A DNA stretch of 64,000 nucleotides, taken from contig JAHPZH010000006.1 of assembly GCA_019058315.1 (NCBI GenBank), forward strand, positions 160,001 through 224,000. The letters are read 5' to 3'. Below are positions 1 through 10,385 of this stretch, one piece after another. The DNA comes from Candidatus Helarchaeota archaeon. GTDB taxonomy: Archaea; Asgardarchaeota; Lokiarchaeia; Helarchaeales; RDOG01. The notes below the pieces were generated by a model that saw nothing but the letters and a program-made list of their open reading frames with translations, had not been told where the DNA came from and ran no database searches. Position numbers and translations under genes: made by a program. Each line of letters starts with the position of its first letter. The first letter of the stretch is position 1.

Positions 1-2
1 CT

Positions 3-644
3 ACAATCCAAGGATTAGCAGCTGTTCTCGGAGGCTGCCAAAGTATGCACACAAACTCTTTTGATGAAGCTGTATGTTTACCTAGCAAGGAAGCTGTATT
101 ATTAGCTTTAAGAACACAACAAACTATTCAAGAAGAAAGTAGAGTTGGACATACTATTGATCCACTTGGAGGTTCATATTATATTGAATGGCTAACAGAT
201 GAGCTCGAAGAACGAGTTTGGAATTATTTAGATAAAATTAAGGAAGCAGGTGGAGTAGTAAAGGCTTTAGAAAGTGGTTGGCTTTACAGAGAAATGAGAG
301 ACGCATTTAAAAAACGCCAGACAAATGTTGAAAAAGGAGAAGAAGGTGTGATTGGTATTAATCGTTATGTTATGGAAGGTGAAAAATTGGACGATAATTG
401 CTTTGTTTTTCGAACTAATCCTAAAGCTGCACAAATTGAACAAGATAGAGTAAAAAAATTAAGAGAAAAAAGAGATAATAAAAAATTAAATGAATTGTTA
501 GATGCTCTTCGTAAAGTTGTTGAAAAAGGAGAGAATATTATGCCTATTGTCATGGAAGTTACTAAGGAAGGTGGTACTGTAGGTGAAGTTTGCAACATTT
601 ACCGTGAAATTCTTGGAACTTGGGACCCACCCATTGTAATATAA
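3..644 (+). CDS. Methylmalonyl-CoA (acyl-CoA) mutase large subunit, C-terminal part (5'-truncated by window)
   Basis: Frame is open from base 3 (TIQGLAAVLGGCQSMHTNSFDEA); family motifs LRTQQ, DPLGGSYYIEWLT and TVGEV are present. Confidence 0.93.
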   Translation, partial: TIQGLAAVLGGCQSMHTNSFDEAVCLPSKEAVLLALRTQQTIQEESRVGHTIDPLGGSYYIEWLTDELEERVWNYLDKIKEAGGVVKALESGWLYREMRDAFKKRQTNVEKGEEGVIGINRYVMEGEKLDDNCFVFRTNPKAAQIEQDRVKKLREKRDNKKLNELLDALRKVVEKGENIMPIVMEVTKEGGTVGEVCNIYREILGTWDPPIVI

Positions 645-671
645 ATTGAATAAATAAGTGAGGTCAATATT

Positions 672-1070
672 ATGACGCGACCAATAAGAGTCTTAATGTC
701 GAAACCTGGTGTAGACGGCCATTGGCGAGGGATCGTCGTAGTAAGTCGTGGTTTGAGAGATGCAGGAATGGAAGTGATATTTGGAGGCTTTCAATCAGTA
801 GATCAAATTGTAGAATCTGCTATTCAAGAGGATGTTGATATAATTGGTCTTAGTATTCATTCAGGAGCCCACGTAGCATATACTCAAAGAATTGTAAAAT
901 TATTAGAGGAAAAAGGAGTAAAAAATAACTTTATGATTTTAGTTGGCGGAGTCATCCCTGCAGTAGACGTACCTAAATTAAAAGAGATCGGGGCTGCGAA
1001 TGTATATGGTCCTGGAACAATTATAAAAGATGTAACTGATTTCATAGAAGGAAACATTAATCTAAAATAA
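672..1070 (+). CDS. Acyl-CoA mutase small, cobalamin-binding subunit
   Basis: KPGVDGHWRG (DxHxxG), GLSIHSGAH, VGGVIP, GPGT; adjacent to the large subunit. Confidence 0.93.
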   Translation: MTRPIRVLMSKPGVDGHWRGIVVVSRGLRDAGMEVIFGGFQSVDQIVESAIQEDVDIIGLSIHSGAHVAYTQRIVKLLEEKGVKNNFMILVGGVIPAVDVPKLKEIGAANVYGPGTIIKDVTDFIEGNINLK

Positions 1071-1302
1071 AAATTCAATATTTTATTAAATCTTAAATAT
1101 TATTTCTCCTTATTTTTTTCGAAATCTAATAATAATTAAAAATTTTTAGACAATTCAATATTAGACATTATTTATTTGTTAAATTTCTTTAATATTTTCA
1201 TAATATAAATTAAGAATTTTGAATCAAACAATGTTTAGATACTTTCAAAAATTCTAAAGCGTTAGTCTTTTAAAGAAGTGCTTATATTCTTGGTGCAAAA
1301 TT

Positions 1303-2280
1303 ATGGCACAATTAGACAAGATCGAAGAATTAGTTACTAGATTAAAAAATAAAGATAAAATAGCGTTAGCAAGACTAATTTCAATCGTTGAGAATAGCCC
1401 TGAAATTGCAAAGATTATTTTTAAAAATATTGATCATTTATTAAAAAGCGCTTACATCATTGGAATTACTGGATCACCGGGAGTTGGTAAAAGTACGTTA
1501 GTAGGTAAAATAGCAAAAAAACTAATGGACCAAGGTAAATCTGTAGGCATCATAAGCGTAGATCCAAGCTCACCATACAGCGGCGGTGCATTCCTTGGGG
1601 ATAGGATTCGCATGACAAATCTAACTATGAATCCAAAATTATATATGAGGAGTCTGGCTTCAAGAGGAGTAACAGGGGGACTTTCAAGGGCGACATTTGA
1701 TATCTGTCTTCTTATGGAAGCCTTTGGCAAGGATATTATATTAATTGAAACTGTTGGAGCAGGGCAATCCGAAGTAGATATTATAAAATTAGCTTATACT
1801 AATATTGTTATCGTAGCTCCAGGTATGGGTGATTCCATTCAAATTCAAAAAGCTGGAATTTTAGAAATTGCTGATATATTTGTTGTGAATAAATGTGATT
1901 TGGGTGGAGATGATATAATAGCTCAATTTAATATGATGCTTGATGATGCAATTACCTACTCTGGTCTGACTGGATGGCGACCCTCCGCAATTCAAACAAA
2001 TGGACTCACTGGAGAAGGAATAGATGAATTAATAGAAGAAATGTGGAATCATAAGGAACATGTAGAACTGAGTGGCATATTGGATGAGAAAAGGAAAACA
2101 ATGATCAAAAACAAAATCATCGATCTAATAAAATATGAAGTTGAAAAATATATACTATCTGGTTTAGTAAATGAAAATGAACTAAAAGAAATGGTTTCAA
2201 ATATATTTAACGAAGAATTTAGTATATTTGAGGGGGCTGAAAGTATAATCGAGAAATTTTTTTCAAAATTAAAAAAATAG
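1303..2280 (+). CDS. meaB: MeaB/ArgK G-protein chaperone of B12 mutase
   Basis: GITGSPGVGKST, VDPSSPYSGGAFLGDRIRM, ETVGAGQSE, NKCD. Confidence 0.95.
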   Translation: MAQLDKIEELVTRLKNKDKIALARLISIVENSPEIAKIIFKNIDHLLKSAYIIGITGSPGVGKSTLVGKIAKKLMDQGKSVGIISVDPSSPYSGGAFLGDRIRMTNLTMNPKLYMRSLASRGVTGGLSRATFDICLLMEAFGKDIILIETVGAGQSEVDIIKLAYTNIVIVAPGMGDSIQIQKAGILEIADIFVVNKCDLGGDDIIAQFNMMLDDAITYSGLTGWRPSAIQTNGLTGEGIDELIEEMWNHKEHVELSGILDEKRKTMIKNKIIDLIKYEVEKYILSGLVNENELKEMVSNIFNEEFSIFEGAESIIEKFFSKLKK

Positions 2281-2291
2281 GTGTTTCTTAA

Positions 2292-2825
2292 TTGTCCCGT
2301 AGAAGATTAGAAAGGGGATTACTGCAAATTTATTTCGGATCAGGAAAAGGAAAAACAACTTGTGCTCTAGGACAAGGATTTAGAGCTGTAGGTCATGGAT
2401 TCAAAGTTTATATGATCCAATTTATGAAAGGGGAAATAAAATATGGAGAAATAAATTCAATAAAAAAAACGGAAAACTTTGAAGTTAAGCAATTTGGGAG
2501 AAAAGAATTAATTGCTGAAGCCGATAATTTCGATGTTGAGGAAGGAAAAAAAGCATTAGAATTTGCAAAGCAGATAATAATGAGCGATGAATATGATATA
2601 GTAATATTGGATGAAGCTGGATACGCAGTTTATATGAACATCATTGAGGTGGATGAATTAATCGAGATAGTTAAAACTCGACCTCCCCAAGTTGAGATTA
2701 TAATTACGGGAAGAAAAGTCCATCCTAAACTAAAACTAATTGCCGATTTAATAACAGAAATGAGGTTAATCAAACATTATTATGTTACTCAAGGTATTAA
2801 AGCTCGTTTTGGTATAGAATATTAG
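2292..2825 (+). CDS. cobO: ATP:corrinoid adenosyltransferase, CobO/BtuR type
   Basis: GSGKGKTTCALG, QFMKG, ILDE, ITGR, GIEY C-terminus; TTG start after AGGTG. Confidence 0.93.
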   Translation: MSRRRLERGLLQIYFGSGKGKTTCALGQGFRAVGHGFKVYMIQFMKGEIKYGEINSIKKTENFEVKQFGRKELIAEADNFDVEEGKKALEFAKQIIMSDEYDIVILDEAGYAVYMNIIEVDELIEIVKTRPPQVEIIITGRKVHPKLKLIADLITEMRLIKHYYVTQGIKARFGIEY

Positions 2826-2937
2826 GAAATTAAGACCGAAAATTTATTAATAATTAAGAGATTTATAGAAAGAAACATAAATCATATTAAATGTAAGCTT
2901 TATCTTCAATTTTCACTTTTTAAAAAAGACACTTATA

Positions 2938-5349
2938 TTGAAAAATTATAAATTTAAAATTATGAATAAGAAGAAAAGAAATATTCTTTTTTCCATTTTA
3001 ATTTTAACTTTAATTCTTTTCCCATTATTTCAGATAATATTTAACATTATCCCTTCAAATATAATTGAACTTGACAAGAAAATTCGAATAATACCTAAAT
3101 ATTATGACGAACAAATTATAGATATTAATAATCAAGGAAGTTCGATTAAATCTGAAGATAAAATAGATCCTTATATAGAAAATTTATTAGTTACGGAAAA
3201 TTTAGAAGAATCTATACCAATAATTATTTATTTAAATTTCCAACCTGCTGAAAAAATTTCATTAGTGCTTAAATTTGAGAAAAAATTAAAACAAAATAAT
3301 GCTTTTTACAAAAAATTATATGAATTGACTAAAGAACAAATTCAAGAATCTCAAAATAAGATTGTTAACAAAATTTTGAGGTACGAGGGAAAAATAAAAC
3401 ATAGATATTCTATTATTAATGCAATTTCGGTAGATATACCACTAAAATATATTAAACCTCTATCCCAAGATCCTAATGTTACGAACATTTGTTTTGATCA
3501 TCTATTAGAGATTAATTTAGTAAACAGCGTACCTTCAATAACTGAAGACTCATCTAATCCTAATAATAATTGGAATTATTCTTACAATGGATCAAATGTT
3601 GTGGTGGCAGTTTGTGATAGTGGAATTAATGAGGCTCATACCGCTTTAGTTGGTGTTGTAATTGATGGGTATAATACATTTACTGGTGGTAGAGCTGCAA
3701 ATGATGATAATTGGCATGGTACTTATGTCGCTGGAATAATTGCAAATAGAGATCCAATAAATCATGGTGTAGCCCCAAATGTCAGCTTAATAAATGTAAA
3801 AGTATTTGATAATACTGGAACAGGACCTAGTTCAAATTTAATGGCAGGAGCTGAGTGGGCGCTTACTAAGGCTGTTAAAAAGCCGGATATAATTAATTTT
3901 AGTGGAGGTACAGCTACAACTTCATACGATGGAATGAGTTCATTAACCATTTTTATTGATGCGATTACTTCTATGTATGATGTACTTTGGATAAATGCAG
4001 CTGGGAATACACCAGCAGTAATTGAACTTCCTGCTGATGCATATAATTCAATTGCAGTAGGTGAGCTTACAGATTCTTCTACACGTGATACAAATAGAAA
4101 TAATGATATTTTGAAAGGCTCAAGTTCTAGAGGACCTACATTAGACGGCAGAATTAAACCAGATATTGTTGCATTGGGAACAAATATTAATTCTACATGG
4201 TATACAGGGGGATGGAATAATGGTCAAGCTGGAACCAGTTTTGCAGCCCCTCATATAAGCGGTGCAGCTGCATTAATTTGTGATTATTTAAACAGAAATA
4301 CAAATCTAGCAAAAAGCTATTATCCTTTAGTCATCAAAGGATTATTACTACATACAGCTGATGACTGGAGCATTAGTGGACCAGGAAGTGATGGACCAGA
4401 TTATACAACTGGATGGGGCTATGTTAATTTAGCTAATTTATGGAATTTAACTCAACAAGGAGTTGCTATCGAAACAAATGCTCTTTCATATGATCAAGTA
4501 AGATTTAACTTACCATTTTATTACAATTTAACATTGAGTCAAAATGAAATCTTAAATATCACTTTAGTATGGAATCGACATGCTGTAAGCGAGGCTGGTC
4601 TTGTTTTTGTTTGGGGTAATGGCAGACCAAATAATTTAAATCTATATCTTTTAAACTCTCACAAAACAACAGTTAATAGCTCTACAGATTCAAAAAATAA
4701 TATAGAACAAATTTCATATAAAGTACCAGAAAATGGAACCTATTATCTTAAAATTGTTAGCAAAGATTCACAATATTTTGCAGAAGAACCTTATGCTTTG
4801 ATTTCTACACATAATTTAACTAGGTTAAATCCATCTGGTCCTCGTCTTTTGTATTATTCATTATCACCTTTATTCGATGTCGATTTAGATTATTTATTTT
4901 TCAAAAGTTTTGATGTATTTGAGAAAGTTTCATTATATCTTTTTGCCTATGATGAGGATGGATTACTCGGTGGAACTTTTAATATGCCTTTAGTTCGAAC
5001 ATTTTTAGATCTTATCCCACCTATTGATATTTATTTTCCAATTTTTCAAATTTTTCCAAATATATTGTATTTTGATATGATTCTAAATGATCTATTTTTA
5101 GAACAGGGCTTTGATAAATTCAACAAAATGTTCTTAGATGGCTCAATTTGGGCATCATTTACAATTTTTGATGCACATCCAATTGCTCCATCCAGTTCTA
5201 CCTTTTATTGCATTCTTGATTATCACGGTTTTATTTGGAATTTTTCAATTAGTTCGATTGCCCTTCTCAGTCTTCTAATTATCATAGATTACGTTCGGGA
5301 GAGAAGGGCTAAAAAAAGTATGCTTAAAATGTTTGACAATAAAAAATAA
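2938..5349 (+). CDS. Membrane-anchored S8 subtilisin-like serine protease (start may be ATG 2962)
   Basis: Triad VAVCDSG / HGTYVAG / GTSFAAP; KPDIVA; N-terminal and C-terminal hydrophobic segments; I9-like propeptide and PPC-like domain. Confidence 0.92.
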   Translation: MKNYKFKIMNKKKRNILFSILILTLILFPLFQIIFNIIPSNIIELDKKIRIIPKYYDEQIIDINNQGSSIKSEDKIDPYIENLLVTENLEESIPIIIYLNFQPAEKISLVLKFEKKLKQNNAFYKKLYELTKEQIQESQNKIVNKILRYEGKIKHRYSIINAISVDIPLKYIKPLSQDPNVTNICFDHLLEINLVNSVPSITEDSSNPNNNWNYSYNGSNVVVAVCDSGINEAHTALVGVVIDGYNTFTGGRAANDDNWHGTYVAGIIANRDPINHGVAPNVSLINVKVFDNTGTGPSSNLMAGAEWALTKAVKKPDIINFSGGTATTSYDGMSSLTIFIDAITSMYDVLWINAAGNTPAVIELPADAYNSIAVGELTDSSTRDTNRNNDILKGSSSRGPTLDGRIKPDIVALGTNINSTWYTGGWNNGQAGTSFAAPHISGAAALICDYLNRNTNLAKSYYPLVIKGLLLHTADDWSISGPGSDGPDYTTGWGYVNLANLWNLTQQGVAIETNALSYDQVRFNLPFYYNLTLSQNEILNITLVWNRHAVSEAGLVFVWGNGRPNNLNLYLLNSHKTTVNSSTDSKNNIEQISYKVPENGTYYLKIVSKDSQYFAEEPYALISTHNLTRLNPSGPRLLYYSLSPLFDVDLDYLFFKSFDVFEKVSLYLFAYDEDGLLGGTFNMPLVRTFLDLIPPIDIYFPIFQIFPNILYFDMILNDLFLEQGFDKFNKMFLDGSIWASFTIFDAHPIAPSSSTFYCILDYHGFIWNFSISSIALLSLLIIIDYVRERRAKKSMLKMFDNKK

Positions 5350-5406
5350 AAATATTTTACTAATCAATCAAATTTAATTATTATTATTGTTCGATTTAAG
5401 GAAAAA

Positions 5407-6009
5407 TCATTTTTGAACTGTTAATAATACTAATTCTTCAAAAAAAAATTTTTTACGAGCTTTTATTTTGACGCTAAAGTCTCGAGCTTTTAAAAAATCA
5501 ATAGTCTTTTCATAGTCAGAGAGAGATGTCTGAATCATTTGAACTCTACCCTTTCTTTTTAGATAATTATTAAATTGTATTAGAAACTTATCAATAATCT
5601 CTCTTCCAGTCTCTCCCCCATCCCAAGCCCTTTCTAACCATTCATTCTGCTTATTATTACCAGATATTGGTAAATATGGCGGATTAAATAAAATTAAATC
5701 ATACTTTTCATCATTTCTTATTGGATCAAATAAATTTCCAGTTCTAATCTCAATCATATCTGTTAATTTATTCAATTCAACGTTTTTTTTTGCACAATTA
5801 ACAGCTATAGGCGAAATATCTGTTAGAATGACTTTGTTCGCGTTTTTCGCAGCAATAATTCCCAATATACCACACCCAGTTCCAAGATCCAAAACAAAAT
5901 CCCCTCTATTTACCTCTAAATTATCCAATAATAGAAAAGTATCATCCGAGGGAAGATAAGTATCATCAAAAATATAAAATATCCGATTTTTATACTCTAT
6001 TTGTCTCAA
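5407..6009 (-). CDS. HemK2/Mtq2-like release-factor glutamine methyltransferase
   Basis: YLPSDDTFLL, LDLGTGCG, NPPY, WDGGETGR. Confidence 0.9.
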   Translation of the reverse strand: MRQIEYKNRIFYIFDDTYLPSDDTFLLLDNLEVNRGDFVLDLGTGCGILGIIAAKNANKVILTDISPIAVNCAKKNVELNKLTDMIEIRTGNLFDPIRNDEKYDLILFNPPYLPISGNNKQNEWLERAWDGGETGREIIDKFLIQFNNYLKRKGRVQMIQTSLSDYEKTIDFLKARDFSVKIKARKKFFFEELVLLTVQK

Positions 6010-6015
6010 TTGATT

Positions 6016-6876
6016 TCAAGACCTGCTGAGTTTCTGATATAACATATTCGATAGTTCAACAATGTTTTCTGGTGTTAATTCCCGTATTCTATTTCTAATG
6101 CATGAAATATTTGAAATTAATTCATCAATTTTGCTCTCATTCATTTGTTTCTTTAAAAAACCCTTTAAAACCTTTTCTAATACCTTATTTTTTTGGTTAA
6201 AAAGCGAATTCACCAATTTATTATAGAAATCCACATTTATAATCTGTATTTTATTTGATTTTGGGAGGATTTTTACTAGTGCAGAATCCACTTTTGGAAT
6301 TGGGAAAAAAAAAGTATTTGGGACAATTTTTAATATTTCTATGTCTGCGTGAATATAAGAATTTACAGAAATCCTACCATATGCTTTTGAGTTGGGTTTA
6401 GCTATTAAACGTTCTGCAAATTCTTTTTGCAATGTAATAATAGCCATTTTATAATTTGTCTTAAATAATTTAAATAATAAAGGAGAAGAAATGTTATATG
6501 GAGGATTCGAAATTACTTTTTTATCTTCAAAGAGAGAATCATCCAATTCTAATATATCTGATTGAATGATTTCGACATTTTTATAAGGTGAAAGTCGATT
6601 TCTTAAAACTTCAATTAAGTTTTTATCAATTTCAATTGCAATTACTTTTTTCACTTTTTGAACTAATGAAAGAGTTAGAATACCTAATCCAGCACCTATT
6701 TCCAAAACATAATCATTTTGAGTTAAATTGGCAAATTTTAAATGCCAATCTATTAAAATTGGATTAATTAAAAAACTTTGAGAAAATTTTTTTTTAGGAT
6801 ATAGTTTATATTTCTTAAGAATTGTCTTCAATTCAGTAATAGCATCCCCATCTTTATCTTCCTTATGAGATATCAC
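6016..6876 (-). CDS. ksgA: 16S rRNA adenine dimethyltransferase KsgA/Dim1
   Basis: SQSFL, LEIGAGLG, SNPPYNISS, LQKEFAERL, PKVDS. Confidence 0.95.
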   Translation of the reverse strand: MISHKEDKDGDAITELKTILKKYKLYPKKKFSQSFLINPILIDWHLKFANLTQNDYVLEIGAGLGILTLSLVQKVKKVIAIEIDKNLIEVLRNRLSPYKNVEIIQSDILELDDSLFEDKKVISNPPYNISSPLLFKLFKTNYKMAIITLQKEFAERLIAKPNSKAYGRISVNSYIHADIEILKIVPNTFFFPIPKVDSALVKILPKSNKIQIINVDFYNKLVNSLFNQKNKVLEKVLKGFLKKQMNESKIDELISNISCIRNRIRELTPENIVELSNMLYQKLSRS

Positions 6877-6890
6877 CGAAACACCTGTAT

Positions 6891-8000
6891 TTAAGTATAA
6901 ACTGGAATTTTTGAAATTTTAAAGTTGGGTTTTGGTCCTACAGTAACTGGTCTCAATGGATTCCCGAAATACATCCATTGGATTACAGATATTATATCTT
7001 GATCTTCAATTTTTATGTTATTTTTTTTATTTAATTCGGAAATTTTTCCTTGTTTACTAGCTGGAAGAGTTTCAAATAAAATTTTATCAACTGTTAGTTT
7101 TGCATCCCCCAAAGTAGATTTTTTTGCTAACAAATCCAAAATCCCATATTTGTAACCATCGCTTGTGAAACAATTTTCCCAAGTATCATATTCAATTTTA
7201 TTATTATATGTTAGAGAAGTAGCCCCTATATATACCGATAGAGCTCTCATTGCTTCACGGACAAATGGACCGAAATTTGCTGTATAACAAGCCTCTGAAA
7301 AAATAAAAGGGTAGCATTGAAATTGAATTTTGCGAAAATCTTTATATGTAAAAAATGCTTTCGGGGGACTCCCGCCAAACCACTCTTTTGCATTGCCATG
7401 AACTCTATCAAAAAAAGTTCCATCTGAATATTGTAATATCATTTCAGCCTTTTCTAATAATGGTTCCATTATTTTCAATGATTGTCCTTTTATACCGCTC
7501 CACATAAAAACCTTAAAATCTAATTCTTGTAAAGCTTGAACAGGTTTTTCTGATTTTTTTGGAGTAGTATCTACGACGACAGCTAAATTTGAATCCCCAT
7601 AATTAAATCTGATATGATTTTGTAAGGTTTTTTCTCCTCCATAAATTCTCCCTATTTTTAAATTAAATTCTCCAATTTGTTCAAAAATTATATCTGTATA
7701 CGCAGGAGATTTTTTATGAGTGTATTCTAATGAAGGAAATTGTATTGCGTCTCCTATTATCAAGACATTGTCCGCATTTTGAGTATCCGCCTCTTTTTCA
7801 ATCCTTTTATTCGCCTTAAAAATGTTTTCTAACTTAATTTCTGACGTTTTTAAAGAATTCACCTTACAAAATTTCCTAATAATCTCATTTTTATTGTCAG
7901 GGTGATTATCTGGATTCCAAACTATAAGAAGTTTGTTAAGCTCTCTCGAGGAAACAATTTTTAAGTTATATTGAGACAAATCTAATTTTTTGCTTTTCAT
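6891..8000 (-). CDS. Hypothetical protein, C25 (gingipain/clan CD) peptidase-like, no signal peptide
   Basis: Ordered motifs IIGD..P, IGRI, HG, AC, YFGNP resemble the C25 motifs LLVGD, VGR, HG, AC, LGDP. Confidence 0.55.
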   Translation of the reverse strand: MKSKKLDLSQYNLKIVSSRELNKLLIVWNPDNHPDNKNEIIRKFCKVNSLKTSEIKLENIFKANKRIEKEADTQNADNVLIIGDAIQFPSLEYTHKKSPAYTDIIFEQIGEFNLKIGRIYGGEKTLQNHIRFNYGDSNLAVVVDTTPKKSEKPVQALQELDFKVFMWSGIKGQSLKIMEPLLEKAEMILQYSDGTFFDRVHGNAKEWFGGSPPKAFFTYKDFRKIQFQCYPFIFSEACYTANFGPFVREAMRALSVYIGATSLTYNNKIEYDTWENCFTSDGYKYGILDLLAKKSTLGDAKLTVDKILFETLPASKQGKISELNKKNNIKIEDQDIISVIQWMYFGNPLRPVTVGPKPNFKISKIPVYT

Positions 8001-8110
8001 TAAATGAGACCTATCAACTTATTTTATTTTATTTGGATTTTTTCTAAGATAAATTTTATTATTTTAAAAATATTAATTTAAACAAAAATATAAGATTTGA
8101 TGAATAAGAT

Positions 8111-9442
8111 ATGGAAATAGCAAAAGAAATTTTACTAAAATACCCGCTTTGTGATAGCTGTTTAGGCAGACAGTTTGGTTTACTTGGTTTTGGCCTTGAT
8201 AATGAAACAAGGGGCAAATCTATAAAAAATGTTCTTGTTTTAGAAAGTTATAAAAATTTAATAAAAGATAAAACTGATAAAAATGAAATAAATTTATTGA
8301 AAGCTTTAGCAACTAATGGAATGAGCGAGTTTGCCCAAAATAGTTTAAAAAAATTAGGACATACATACGAATTATCCGATAAGAAATGTTTTTTATGTGA
8401 GGGGATTTTGGAAAAAGATTATCTACTTAAATTAACTTCACTAGCAATTGAAAAGTTAAAAAATTTGGAATTTCAGACTTTTTTAGTAGGTTCTGTAATT
8501 GATAATGACTTGATTGAAAAAGAAGATATGCTCCGAGCATCATTTAATTTAAGTTACGGGGAAGCTTTAAAGAGTGAATTAAATAGACTAATAGGGATTA
8601 TGGTAAAAGAAAAAATTAATAAAGAACCTAATCTAGCTAATCCAGAAATTGTTATTTTAGTTAAACCAAATGAAAAAAAAGTTGAAATAAAAATTAATCA
8701 ATTATTTATAAGTGGAAAATATTGTAAGCTGGAAAGAAACATCCCACAAACACTCTGGATATGTAAAAATTGTGAAGGTCAAGGATGTGACGAATGTGGG
8801 GGCACAGGAAAGAGATATGAAACCTCAGTTTCTGAACTAATATCTGAAAAAATTTTGCAGAAAACTCAAGGTACAGATGCAAAATTTCATGGAGCAGGTC
8901 GTGAAGATATTGATGCCTTAATGTTAGGTAGTGGTAGGGAATTTGTGATAGAAATAAAAGAACCGAAAAAGAGATATTTTGATTTAAAAAAGTTAGAAGA
9001 AGAAATCAATATTTTTGCTAAAGGAAAAATAAGAGTTAACGACTTAAAAAAGAGTGATAAGGATAAAATAAGACGAATTAAAGCATTTGCACAATTTGCT
9101 GAAAAAACTTATAAAGCAATTGTTGAACTGGATTCACCTATACCAAGATCTAAATTAGATGAAGTAGAAAAATATTTTGATGGCATAACTATAAAACAGA
9201 GGACTCCAACAAGAGTTTTGCATAGAAGGGCTGATAAAACTCGAGTTAAAAAAATCTTTAAAGTTAAAATAAGTATTCTAGAAAAAAATCTAATAGAACT
9301 AATTATTAAAACTCAAGGTGGAACCTATATTAAAGAGCTAATTTCTGGTGATGATGGAAGGACTAAACCAAGCATTTCAGAATTTTTGAATATGGAACTC
9401 GTTTGTAAAAGCCTAGATGTTCTGTCAGTTGAAGAAAAATAA
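8111..9442 (+). CDS. pus10: tRNA pseudouridine(54/55) synthase Pus10
   Basis: LCDSCLGR, FHGAGREDIDA, QRTPTRV, GGTYIKELISGDDGRT. Confidence 0.96.
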   Translation: MEIAKEILLKYPLCDSCLGRQFGLLGFGLDNETRGKSIKNVLVLESYKNLIKDKTDKNEINLLKALATNGMSEFAQNSLKKLGHTYELSDKKCFLCEGILEKDYLLKLTSLAIEKLKNLEFQTFLVGSVIDNDLIEKEDMLRASFNLSYGEALKSELNRLIGIMVKEKINKEPNLANPEIVILVKPNEKKVEIKINQLFISGKYCKLERNIPQTLWICKNCEGQGCDECGGTGKRYETSVSELISEKILQKTQGTDAKFHGAGREDIDALMLGSGREFVIEIKEPKKRYFDLKKLEEEINIFAKGKIRVNDLKKSDKDKIRRIKAFAQFAEKTYKAIVELDSPIPRSKLDEVEKYFDGITIKQRTPTRVLHRRADKTRVKKIFKVKISILEKNLIELIIKTQGGTYIKELISGDDGRTKPSISEFLNMELVCKSLDVLSVEEK

Positions 9443-9568
9443 ATTCTGGACTCTTTAATTTTGGAAAAATTTAATAGGGACTTTTTCTTTTTTATAATCA
9501 TTAAAAATTATTAATAATAATAATCACTTATTTTATTAATCATTTAATTTTATAAGGAATTTAAACCA

Positions 9569-9880
9569 ATGAGAAAGTCTAAAGGTTACAAACACCGCCA
9601 TACAAAAAATCTTTTAAGAAAACGCCCTCGAGAAAGAGGAATAGCACCATTAGGACGTAGTGTACTTCAAAAATATAATACTGGAGATTATATTGACATT
9701 ATAATCGATCCTAGCGTTCATAATGGTCAACCACACTATCGATTTCATGGTAAAACGGGAATAATTAAAGAAATCAGAGGAAAAGCGTTAATTATATCAT
9801 TAAAAGATGGGAACAAAGAAAAAACAATAATAAGTCGCAAGGACCATGTAAGATTAAGTAGATGTATTAGTAAAACGTAA
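9569..9880 (+). CDS. rpl21e: 50S ribosomal protein L21e
   Basis: IDPSVHNGQPHYRFHGKTG; conserved synteny. Confidence 0.96.
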   Translation: MRKSKGYKHRHTKNLLRKRPRERGIAPLGRSVLQKYNTGDYIDIIIDPSVHNGQPHYRFHGKTGIIKEIRGKALIISLKDGNKEKTIISRKDHVRLSRCISKT

Positions 9881-9905
9881 CAAATTTTTATAATTTGGTG
9901 AAAAA

Positions 9906-10265
9906 ATGGAGAAAAAAATCATCGAAGAAAAAAATTTAACTTTAGGTGAAGTAAAAGAAATATTAAAAGCACGTGAAGAAAAAGATACTGAGTTATCTTA
10001 TGTTCAACGTATTACTTTAGACTATATAAATAAATTTTCTAGGTTCGATGCAGAACAATCTCGTCAGTTCATAAATGATTTAAAATCAAAATTTGGAATA
10101 GAGGAGAAATTTGCAATCCAAATTGTAAATTTAAGCCATCTACCAGAAACAGAAGAAGAACTGGACTTAATCTTTGATCGAGCTGATCAACCACCAACTG
10201 ATGAACAAAAAAAAGGTATGCTTCAACTGATTAATGAATATAAGACTCGGACAGAATTTTTATGA
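9906..10265 (+). CDS. rpo4: RNA polymerase subunit Rpo4 (F)
   Basis: LSYVQRITLDY, AIQIVNL..P; position after rpl21e. Confidence 0.88.
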   Translation: MEKKIIEEKNLTLGEVKEILKAREEKDTELSYVQRITLDYINKFSRFDAEQSRQFINDLKSKFGIEEKFAIQIVNLSHLPETEEELDLIFDRADQPPTDEQKKGMLQLINEYKTRTEFL

Positions 10266-10385
10266 TGTAATGAATAATATTAAAAATAGCTTAGGGGCTT
10301 AAATGGGGATTACATGAAAATTATAAAATGACTTATTAATCTTATTTAGAATTTTAAGGAAGCTGATTTTTAGGAAATTATTAAA

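Noticed and set aside
10260-10370. Possible C/D box sRNA, or TGA readthrough after rpo4
   Set aside because: The C box is imperfect (ATGATGT), there are no convincing internal boxes, and readthrough would add only three residues before TAA
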